From Selaginella moellendorffii (lineage: Eukaryota; Plantae; Lycopodiophyta), in contig NW_003314262.1 in assembly GCF_000143415.4 (NCBI RefSeq), positions 5,082,389 through 5,146,388 of the forward strand: a DNA stretch of 64,000 bases. Reading direction: 5' to 3'. The notes under the pieces are model-generated. The model did no database searches and had not been told where the DNA came from. It saw nothing but the letters and a program-made list of their open reading frames with translations. Shown here piece by piece: positions 1 to 10,630 of this stretch. Each line of letters starts with the position of its first letter. Positions within the stretch are counted from its first letter, which is position 1. Position numbers and translations under genes: made by a program.

Positions 1-1000
1 AAAAGATTGTTCCAGAACCGGTGACCCTGCAGTTCACAAAAGAAAAACCAGTTCGTTCGCTTTGGTTGGTTCGCTTTTGGGCTGCTAATGCACCAATTCC
101 ACCACAATTCTCAGCAGCAGCGTGTAGATGAGATTTCTGAAAAAAGCGGGTTGAGAAAATTGCTCGAGAACAACAGTAACACTTACGTAGTAATATGAAT
201 GGCCATCTCCGAATATGAAATCTATAGATCCCTCAATGTAGCACTCTCTGAAGTAGTGACGGCCACTGTGATCGTATAGAGTGTCTTGGGATCCCAAGAA
301 ATGACAACCATAAAAAGCAGCTGTGTCACCAGAAATTCTAAGGGCAACAGCTTGTTTCCCTGGTGCTCCAGGAAAAAATACAGCAGAATTCTGCAAAATC
401 CGCATGAAAGATCGAACCATGAACACGACGATTACCTTAAACGTAATGTTCTTAGCAATGAAAAACGACGCGTAAATTCCAACTGTTGCACTCTCAAAGG
501 TTCCCAACGGCTGTCCGCCAGGACCAGGACTGCTTGCTGTATCATTCCAGTCGATGATGGTAAGCCACGCTCCAGAGCCCTGGAGTGTAATGTAAGGCTT
601 CGTTATTGGAACCGTAACTTTTTCTCTGGATACAAATGAAATTGAGAATCGAAAGCAACAAATGAAAGAAATATCACCTGTAGTAGCCGGGATTGATGTG
701 GATGACAATGCGCTCGCCATTGTAGTCAGGTATAGAGTTCAAAGCCGCTTGAACCGTCGTGTAGTCACCCTCCCCAATTGTCTTGCTCACCACAATCGTC
801 CTCGCAACTTTGATCCTGTTCCTAGCTGTCTTTCCGAACATGGAATGCTTGAGGGAACCAATCCAGTTCACCCAGCTGACAAAATCCTTTTCCATTCTCT
901 GCAATGCAGGGCTCGAATCAGTCGCAAGGACTTGAGCTTCACTAGGAACGAGAAACGAGCCAAGCAACAGGACAACTAAAACATTAAACTTTGCAGACAT
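1..1000 (-). CDS. PME: Pectin methylesterase (type II, no PMEI pro-domain); multi-exon, 3' end beyond window start
   Basis: ATG at 1000 with hydrophobic signal peptide. PME motifs [63 protein letters not shown]. Short GT-AG introns (e.g. 677-626). Confidence 0.95.
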
Positions 1001-1872
1001 TGTTCTCTCACTCGTTCACAGGCAAAAGAAGCACGAGGTGGCAAAACTAGACGACATATCTCCGATGTAACTAGCAAACTGGAGATATAAGAGGACATGA
1101 CTGCAAGCACCAGAACACTTGAAGATGATCTAGCAACTTAACAACGCAAGACGTGAAAGAGACAGACAAGCATGCTAATCTGGTCTCCACTACTAGGAAG
1201 CTCGATTAAACAATACAAGCAAATCATAGAGGAACTCACGAGCGTGGCCTGATGATGCACTGAAAATCACCGTACATAGCTTCTTCTGATGATTCTTCCT
1301 GCATTCATCCATAGCTTTCGTCACAAACAACCAAAAAAGAGAATTGCCAAAACCTTCGGCATCTTCTGTAAAGCTCCAGCCCTCTTTCTTTGCCTGACAG
1401 TGTCGGCACCACTCCTCGCGTCACGATCCAGAAGCACTGCAACAAAACAAACGATCTGTGACCGAAGAAAAAGCAAGAAATTCCCCTAGATCAAACCTGC
1501 GGCAATCGATCGCTCCTGACAACCATTCACTGCGCAGCGCACATCGCCGCATTTCCCTTTCAATCGAACAAGCACTGGCGCCTTCGATCGCTCCTCGTGC
1601 ATTGCTCCTCCCACTAGCCCTAGCCTATCCTAGAGGACAAGATATCATCCGAGAGAGAGAGGGAGATTATATGAAGATCGTCATTATATATGACCGGCTC
1701 TATGTTTTTCAGCCGGTTATTCCCTGTCTGTACAAGCGAAAAGAATTCTCATCCTAGAAACCATGGAAACGAAAGAAAGAGAGAAAGAAAAAATTTCTCC
1801 TGACCACTATGAACACCGTAGTAGCTCCTCGCTCGTCTTATTTCCACCACCACCACCAATCGATCCCTTTCA

Positions 1873-3225
1873 TCAGCTCGATTCGATCGCCCTGTTCTTC
1901 CTGCTACCACTCAAGCCGCTCGTCAAACCATAGTAGCTCTCGTACCACTTGACGAACTTCTTGAGCCCCGTGTAGAGATCCGTGCTGGGATTGTAGCGCA
2001 GCTCGTTCCTCGCCAGAGTCACATTCGCGTGAGTGAATGGAACGTCCCCGTTTCTCGGCATCTTGACGAAGTTCTTCTTCGCTTTCACCTTGAGATGCTT
2101 CTCCAGGATGCTAACCAGCTCGGGGACCGTCACCGGGGACGTGTTGCCCAAGTTGTAGACTCGGAGCTGAGCCGGGCCTCGTTTCTTCCCGCCTGTTCCA
2201 GTGCTGAGAAGCGCCGTGTCCAGAGCACCCAAGCACCCCTTGACAATGTCGTCGATGTACGTGAAGTCGCGGGCGAGGTCGGTTTGATCCGGTCCTTGGT
2301 AGATGTTGATCGGCTTTCCCTGTAAGATGTCCTTGGTGAAGGAGAAGTAAGCCATGTCCGGGCGTCCGTAAGGTCCATAGACCGTGAAGAACCTCAAGCC
2401 GGTGATGGAGAGCCCGTATATGTGGTTGTAGCTGTGAGCGATGGCCTCGCCAGCTTTCTTGGTCGCGGCGTACAAGCTCGCCGGCTGGTCGGTCCTGTCC
2501 ATCTCGGAGAACGGAACCTTGGAGTTGAGCCCATAGACGGAGCTCGACGAGGCCCAGACGATCGAAGGCTGCGGATTGGCCGACTTGCAAGCTTCAAACA
2601 GCGTCACCAGTCCAGCGATGTTGGAGTTGACATACGAGGCCGGGTTTTGCATGGCGTATCTGACACCCGCCTGCGCCGCCAGGTGCATGACGTGAGTGAA
2701 CGGAACCATGCTGAAGAGCTTGGCGAGGAGCTCCGAGTTGTTCACGTCCCCGTCGACGATGAAGACCGACTGCTTCTCCAGAAGCTCCTGCCTTGCTCGC
2801 TTGAGTGAAGGGTCGTAGTAGCTGTTGAAGTTGTCCAGTCCGACCACACCGTCACCCCGTTTCTTGAGAGCCAGCGATACGTGAGTGCCGACGAAGCCAG
2901 CAGCGCCTGTGACTAAAACTACCATCCCGTTTTCTCTCTTGGTCCGAGCAGAGTGTCTGACTTGCTTCTCCCATTTCGATCCCCCCCAAGTCAAGGCCCT
3001 GTTCCCGAAGTGCCTGGATTCCAATCCTGTTTGAACTGCCGGTGGAGCCGATATGTGGAAGAACGCGTAGAACATAAGCGCTACCGAAACAAACATCCAG
3101 AAGAAATACCTCCCCGACCCGGAAGAATGCCATCTGTTGGAAACTCGTCCAAAGTAGTTGTTTCTCTCCATCTTCACCTTGCCTGGCGTCGAGGGAAAAA
3201 CATCTTGTACCGCTGACGGTGGCAT
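1873..3225 (-). CDS. GAE: UDP-D-glucuronate 4-epimerase (Golgi type II membrane SDR), intronless CDS
   Basis: ATG at 3225 (MPPSAVQD..TPGKVKMER), N-terminal TM, VLVTGAAGFVG Rossmann motif, HLAAQAGVRYA, SLYAATKK, GLRFFTVYGPYGRPDMAY, MPRNGDVPFTHAN. Confidence 0.96.
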   Translation of the reverse strand: MPPSAVQDVFPSTPGKVKMERNNYFGRVSNRWHSSGSGRYFFWMFVSVALMFYAFFHISAPPAVQTGLESRHFGNRALTWGGSKWEKQVRHSARTKRENGMVVLVTGAAGFVGTHVSLALKKRGDGVVGLDNFNSYYDPSLKRARQELLEKQSVFIVDGDVNNSELLAKLFSMVPFTHVMHLAAQAGVRYAMQNPASYVNSNIAGLVTLFEACKSANPQPSIVWASSSSVYGLNSKVPFSEMDRTDQPASLYAATKKAGEAIAHSYNHIYGLSITGLRFFTVYGPYGRPDMAYFSFTKDILQGKPINIYQGPDQTDLARDFTYIDDIVKGCLGALDTALLSTGTGGKKRGPAQLRVYNLGNTSPVTVPELVSILEKHLKVKAKKNFVKMPRNGDVPFTHANVTLARNELRYNPSTDLYTGLKKFVKWYESYYGLTSGLSGSRKNRAIESS

Positions 3226-4651
3226 CTCGGAGTCTCTTTGAAAAGAATTCTTCCGCGTCTCGTCAGTGAGAACAGCGCGGCAGCTCGATTGTTTCGCAAG
3301 CTGCGTTGGAACGAGTAACACATGGTTAGACAAATACGAGAAAACGAATTCAATAGACAGAGCCTACATTTGAGGAGAAGTCCGCGACAAGCAAAGTTTA
3401 GACAATTCTAGGATGCTCGCAGCATTCATCGCCCAAGATGCCGGAGGAGCTTACAATCCACTCTATGCAAAGCTAAAAAAAGAAGAGCAAATAGGAAAGG
3501 AAGCCCTCAACCCTTTAATTCCCCGAAATAATCTTCCAGCCATACTCACGAAGCACACCAGCATTTCCTTCCGGCTGAGAGGAATCCAGCGCTCCCGAAG
3601 AACATCTGCTTCCTCCAGCCGGAATCAAGCCCGAAATCCACGACTCCACACAAGAATCCGCAAGATAGGCAGGAAGAGAGATAGAATCACTGACCCTGAG
3701 ACGGCAAATCCGGGCGCTGCGCCGAGCGAGTCCGCATTGCCGCGCGCGCGGTCGAGAATTTTGGCGCAAGCAGTATTTCTTGAAGCCGCACACGTGAATC
3801 TCCGGTGGCGATGGCGGCGTGCAATGCTACCCCTTTATGCCGTAGAATATTCGCCCTTTCTCGCGGCCGTCGATATGTTAGAGATCGAACGGCCTCCAGC
3901 GCACACGCCAGCTGGCGTGAATTTAGCCGTCGGTAGTAAACACCGTTGATAAGGACGGTTGGATAAAGCAGACCGTTATCACAGTGATCAACAAACAGAG
4001 CGAGCGACCTTTTGATTTCGTTTCTGTGAATGGATATGGCCTATCAAATGCATCCAACAAGACGACATTTTCTTGGTAGCATCGATTTTCTGGAGATTGT
4101 CACTGAAGTGTACTGCCAGATCTTCCTTTTACATTACATTTTATTCAAAGTTAAGCTTTTTTATGATATTTTACCTCTATACTGTAATAATATTAATGTC
4201 TAAATGTGGTCAACGAGCTGCTGATTTGGGCTAAAATTGAATACTTAGAATTGTAATTAATCTTAAAGTTGCCAAAATAGATGTAATAAAATGTAATATA
4301 ATTTAATAAATAATTTAAGAATCTTCAAGGTAAATAGATATTCTCTATATTATAGTGCATTATACACATAACTCACACCAAACTTGGGACATTTTTGGTG
4401 AAAGTTTCTGATTGATATTTTATAAATTAAAATTTATATATTTTGAAGCTTCTGTCAATTTTAAGGTTTTAATTCTTTCTAAGGTGTGTAGACAATAAAA
4501 AAATCATTTTTAAATAGCCTTACTAATATAAGAATGGAGTCTGCACTTATTCTTCAATCAAAATGCTAGTACCAACAAAATATTTATGCCATAGTGGCCA
4601 TTTCTTTCATTTACTAAGGTAAATTTGAATTTATAATAAAGCTAAAAATAA

Positions 4652-4656
<5 letters not shown>

Positions 4657-4688
<32 letters not shown>
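4657..4688. repeat. (TA)n microsatellite
   Basis: Uninterrupted TA run seen directly. Confidence 0.95.
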
Positions 4689-4692
<4 letters not shown>

Positions 4693-4924
4693 GAATATAG
4701 AAATGGAATACACAATTACCTCAAAACCATAACTTATATAAAAGAGTAAATAGTCCATATTGATGAAACTAATCTAATAGCTGTCAAATCCCACTACACT
4801 AATATTAGTATTTAGTATCATAGTCATATAGTTAAACTGTATATAATCCCTTAGAGGGTTACCATGTTTTACAAAAATGAAAAACATATAATCCCCTAAT
4901 GATTTCACCATATGTAATACCATA

Positions 4925-5086
4925 TATAACACATTTTATCTCTTTCCCCTTAAACCAATTTGAAAAAAAGTAATTATTTGATAAAAGAGCCTTTAGTGGC
5001 TATTTTATCCCTATTTATCCCTTAATATTCCAAAGAATAATAATAACAATATATTTAAATTTAATCATATGATTACATGTGTTACA
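4925..5086 (-). mobile_element. Degenerate solo LTR of the TRIM family at 22455-23116
   Basis: Matches the LTR at 22966-23116 (cccttaa-ccaatt-gaa, agagcc-ttagtggctattttatc-ctattta, acaatatat-taaat) and ends TACA. Confidence 0.7.
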
Positions 5087-6560
5087 AGTAAACTCCACTC
5101 AAATCTATGGAAAAATACACATCAAATACTAATTTTAGGACCTAGCATCGGTAGCTCATAGAAATCACAAAGGTAAATTCAATTTAGTTGGCAATATCGG
5201 ACCATGACTGTATAAAAGTTTACATGGTGAAGCATCAATAGAACTCTATAACTTAGTAATATATGCATACTAAAGAGATGACATCCCAATTCAAATACTG
5301 AAAATTAATATACTTAGCAATCATTCCTTTGAAGGTCCAAATGAACCATTTCATCAAACCATCTATTTATGGATGATAAACACTCATAAATCCCTAATTA
5401 AAACATTAAAATATGAAGTACCTCAACTATAAATATAGGACTATTATCTAAGAGAATTCACTTTAGATTAAATTGTTAGAATACCATCTGATTGAGGAGG
5501 AAATATCTAATAGTAGTCACAAATGCACTAGCAAGAGTATTAACTTCCATCGAGCAAGTCAAAAAAGCAATAATAATCTAGCAATCAACTATGAAAAAGA
5601 CCCATTAAATCAAATGCCATTAACTCAAATTGAAAGGAAATTATAATTAATTTCAATTGTCTTTTTAGAACACAAGAGGGAGTATTATAAATTTGGCATC
5701 AAATACAACTATGCATATACAAAACAATATTGCATTACATTTTTGGCCAATAGAAAGATCTAAGCAACTACTTAGCCATATAACGATGTCTAGGGTCATG
5801 GTAAGTAAAGAGAAAGTATAAAATAAAAATTGAAGGCACCACTAGTTATAAATGATCATCAAAATCAATCCTCACAAAATAAAGAAGATTATTCTTAAAG
5901 TGATATTGAAAATATAAATGCCAAAACAGGAAGTTATTAGCAAGTGATGCAAGATTTTTAAACCCATTATAAAGCATACAGACATACGACTTAACTTTTT
6001 GAGCTTCACAAACTTTGTCAAGCTTTTTCCATACCTTGTGGACATTAAATATCAAGGACAACAACCACCAATAGTATAAAATCCTTGTCCATTGATACTA
6101 GAATAGGAATAAAAGAAAAAAATGAAAAAGGAAAAGAAGTTCAAAAAAGGGTGTTAACATTAACTATAAAACTCCTTAGGCCATTGAAATTATATATTTA
6201 AAATTTTAGAGCTTACCAAACAATACAACCAACTAAGTTCTTTCACTTTAATAATGAAGTAATTATAATATGATCACCATTTAGTAATATCCAAGTGCTA
6301 TACAAATATATATATAAAGCTTCTCAAAACCCCAAATTATTGCTAAACATTTCTCTATTGTGTTTGCAATGTATAGTTGATATATATAATGGGAAAATGT
6401 TAATTAGCCATACTTATGCTCTCTTGCATCAACACACCCTTAAGACCGATATTAAAAGCATCCATATATAAAATGAAAAGTTGAGCGTAGTTAGAATACA
6501 TTAAAACTAGAGGAGTCTATAAGTGAGTAAAATTTTCATTTTATTTTAATCACTTAACCA

Positions 6561-8470
6561 CACCTAGCTTTGTACTTTCACAAAATGAGAGATAGAGCTA
6601 GCAGAGATTGCATTACTAATCCTCGTCTTCCATGATACAGGTACTCCCTGGACACCCAAACCATAGGAGGTGACATAGGAAATGCTTGGAGAAATCGTTT
6701 TAGTCGTGGTCAGTACCGGGTTACCGGGCGGATGATCCTATGCCTCGAACGAATGTACCGAAAATGGCCTAGTCGATCTGCTTAACCAAAAGTACCTGTG
6801 AGGGATAGCCGTGCCAAGGTGTGATACCTGGCTGTCAATACAAAACACCACACAATCCACTCCTACTTTCCCGCTGAATCGGATATGGACTTATGTGTGG
6901 CTTTTCAGGATTTTTGGCTACCCGAGATGACAGTGTACGTGAACACTGATGATTTTGTGGCTCCCGTCCCAGCTGTGCAGTAGTTTTTACTACTCTTAGC
7001 CGCCAAGGAAACAGAGCACTTACAAGAGATCTTTGTATATGAGAAGAAGATCGTGAATAAGCTGCTCATGGTGCCAAAATCAGAGGTGGTTGGCAAGAAC
7101 AAGTGTCAGCTCTGCCTCTTCCAGTAGGTTGAAACCAAAGAATGGTGGTGCCTGATCTGGACACTCCTTACCGATCGGGTGAATGATAACCAAGCTTGAC
7201 TACGACAGTGGATGGCAGATATGGAAAAAGAACTTGTTAATTTCTCCTCTGCCGAACCAAGGATTACTTGGAAAATGCTCCAATGGTCCCAAGAGTACAA
7301 TTGGGTCACAGGGTATAAAGGCTCATACAGGAAAGGCATTGATATGGGGAAACCACAGATTGACCTTAGTGATGGTTTTGAGTTCCTAAGACAAAATGCA
7401 TATTCACTCATGACTGGACTCATCCCGTCGCAGCTAGACACCTTGGAAGGAGAAAACATGGACCGTATTGATAATGGTCGTATCATGTTTGACCTGTTGG
7501 AGAATTTGAGTGGATAGAAGTTCCCCTTTGCCACCACACGAGTTCTTGATGCAACCTCCCACCGCCTTCCAGAACTGCATAAGTTCTGGATACTCATGAA
7601 TCCTCTAGGATGGATGTCCCCCTTGGAGGCATCCAACTAGATCCAGATGGCGGGTTTGTTACAACTGGATGCAATACAGTGGTCAAAATAGACACTAGAG
7701 GTGTCATACAGACATGCAACACTGGGGAACTATGCTTATAAACTAGCTATCCCATTCCAAAAGACCATGGATGAGGTTTTCAAGCTTGCTACTTTCCATG
7801 GATGCTATGATGGTGATGCCTTTTTGAATACAAAAAGCTGGAACCTATCACAAGGAGATCAACGTACTTGGAATCAGCTTCAACTGTACTACCACTGCGA
7901 TTGCCAGGGATGTGAAGGAGGAATTGTCTGGCTTGACTCCTCGTTCTGGTACATGCTTAACAACTAGGACAAGTACTGGCCAAACTCAAGCTTGATGTTG
8001 TTAGACTGCCTCACCATCTTCCTATCCCTACTCATGGCTAATCTGTAGGTGATCCTCAAGATAGCTGCCTTCCTTCAAATCCGAGAATGGATGCAAGCAG
8101 CTGCTATCGAGGTGGCAAAAAAGCCAGCTAACCCGGATCTAGAGTTCATCCCGCATGGACAGACTAAGATGAACATATGTAAGTTCATCTCTATCCAACA
8201 GTACAAGTCCCTAACGTCCTCATGATGTGATAGTAGTGAAAGTAATGGAGCTTTCTCACCGACACCATCCTCACAACACACGCCAGTAAGGTCTCGAGGC
8301 TTACCACTGAATCGGAAACGTGATCGTCCCGACGGACAAACGTCCATGGGACTGGCATCATAGGAGATGGGCACACCACTATCAATCTCCAAGACCTCTG
8401 AGGCCAATGCAAGCTCGAACAAACAGAAGCTACGCAAAAGGCTTGGTGCAAGAAAGTAGTGATAAATAAA
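6561..8470 (+). pseudogene. 3' part of a large unknown ORF of a Penelope-like element (upstream, 5'-truncated copy)
   Basis: One reading frame of ~630 codons (includes ORF fragments 7212-7517 and 7701-7967) broken only by scattered stops explainable as CAG/CAA/CGA/TGG transitions. Ends TAG TGA TAA at 8457-8465 followed by AATAAA. First ~225 bp are repeated at 19041-19251. Confidence 0.65.
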
Positions 8471-8502
8471 TTTATGTTTTCTTCTTCCATGATTGGTAGC
8501 TA

Positions 8503-10626
8503 ATGAAAATGCTCTCGTGATTGCTTCCATAGTGTACTTTACACTATATCCATCATTTGGCCATATAAAAATGGCTGGTCAAAGAGGGAACGGAGAGCAA
8601 ACGAAAATTCATACACCTCTGATATGTCACTGCCGGATTCGAAAAGATCAATATCCGCACTCTCATGAGGGAGTGCCTGGAAATGATTGGCTTAGACGTG
8701 GAACTTTTGGATCCCATTGTATTTGGCTGGAGGTATGAACCCCAAATAGAACACGACTTTTATAAACCCAAAGAGGTTTTTTGTAATTAGAACACTCTTG
8801 AGCCTCTTGTTTGTGAGTGCAAACAGTGGCTATGGGTGACCTACCTCGACGAGATTGGCCATGTGCGAACATTGGATCCAAAGATCCTTGGTTCATGCAT
8901 ACTTATGGCTATCATCGAGAAAGGCCTCAATCACATCACCCCAAAACCACTCCAAATAGCAAAAATTATTACTAAAATCTGTGAAGCTTGGGATCGGATT
9001 GCCAGTATAATCCCAAATGTTTACATCTGCAACTGGCCAAGTAACGAAGCTGCTGTTAAACAGCACATCAACTACCGGGTCCGAATGGTAGTACAAAATT
9101 CCCAAACCACCCCAACTGTAGAGGTGATGACCACCCCCGAGGCACAACGGCAACTGGAGTGGGTACATAAACACCTATACATCAGTGATGCTGATAAAGT
9201 GGCTAACACACCCACCTTCTTTTGCAAAATGTTAGCCCACGGGGAAGCACTTGGGTAGATGAATAGCGACGACTTCTCACTCTCTGTCTCGGAAAATAAT
9301 GTCCTTGAAACGCCCGAGAAAGTTGTAGAAAAACTGCTCAATGACCCATTTCTATAGGAATTTCTGCCTTAGCAACCAGATCTCCCCTACCTCATGGGAA
9401 TCTATAAAGCGCACAAGAACAAAATGCACTGGTTGACGAATGCGGATGGATATGTCTTCTCAGAAATCACAATCTGCCTAATAGCTATCCTAACAGGGAT
9501 ACAGGAGGCGCTACAAAATGTAGCTGATGATTTCTACACACAGGCAAATTTCTTTGGAGGAAAGATGAATGTGTGCTGGATCCTTGGATCCACACAAGAG
9601 TTCGCGATTAATCTCCTAAACAGGATCACCACGATCTACATGGGAGATATCACCAAGTGCTATGAGGCCATCCCCCTTGAGGGAGACCAAAGCCTTACGA
9701 TGGTTATGACACATTTAGTCAATTTAGCCTTCGTGCACCAAAATCACCTCAAAAAAGACTTTTTTTTTATTCAAAAAAAGAATGGTGAGCTTGAGGCCAA
9801 ATGGAAACCTCTATGCCACTCATCAATAAAGGCTACTAGAATGGATCCAACAAAAGTTATCGAGCCAAATAACTTTATCATCCAGAAAACATGTGTTTAG
9901 TTGGGCAATAGAGTATGGAGACAAGTCTGAAGAATTCCCATAGGCTTCTCATGGTCACTTTTGTGGTGTAACCTGTACCTTTTCTACTTCGAGTACAATT
10001 TTCTTACTCGACTTACACGTCTAAGCCAGTATAATTTACTTTGCCTCTTCAAGCACACTTTCAGGTACATGGACGATCTTGTTTCAATGAACAACCCCAT
10101 GATCCTCCGCTTCCTTGACCCTGATCAAGTCAAATCTGAAGGGAATCCGTTCTAGATATATCCACTATGATTCCTTGCCATGCAAAATGAGATGGACAAT
10201 CCATTCATAGATACGGACGGCTCGCTAGTGAACCTGTCTGCTCATTTCCTAAGCCTATAGATCCAGATCATACAGGTTGACAGTACTTTTTTAACCACAA
10301 AGTATGATGAATGCCGATCACTTCCATTCAAAGTCTCGCTGTATATTTATCGAGATTCAATTCGACCCATGATAAACTCATCCAAAGTAATCCTGGGACA
10401 AGTCTTTGCACTTTTCTATCTGATTAACACTGCCGGTGGTATCGTCCTTGAGATTGATAATCTCATTGAATGCTTCATGGAAAAAGGATTCCATTGCTAT
10501 GCATTAAGACAACTCATCCTTCGTGGTCTGGATTGCATTATTCTGACCAGCCCCTTATCACCAGTGCAAGTAGTGCTTGATATTCTCTTTGGCATTTGGA
10601 GAGAGCCAGCCAATCACCCACTATAG
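8503..10626 (+). mobile_element. Decayed Penelope-like retroelement reverse transcriptase (Chlamys/Naiad-type)
   Basis: ORF pieces 8836, 9394, 9961 and 10369 share one frame. Motifs CEC..GHVRTLD..KGLN, ADKVANT..FCK, LPYLMGIYKAHK, GDITKCYEAIP, WRQV*RIPIGFSWSLLWCNLYL, FRYMDD, IYPL, HFLSL, KYD..RSLPF match the PLE RT of the Naiad/Chlamys clade. No GIY-YIG endonuclease recognised. Confidence 0.85.
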
Positions 10627-10630
10627 CTCG

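Noticed and set aside
5090-6500. Possible decayed TE coding sequence in AT-rich DNA (similar regions at 26100-28560 and 50300-52190)
   Set aside because: No motif or termini could be recognised with confidence; left unannotated.
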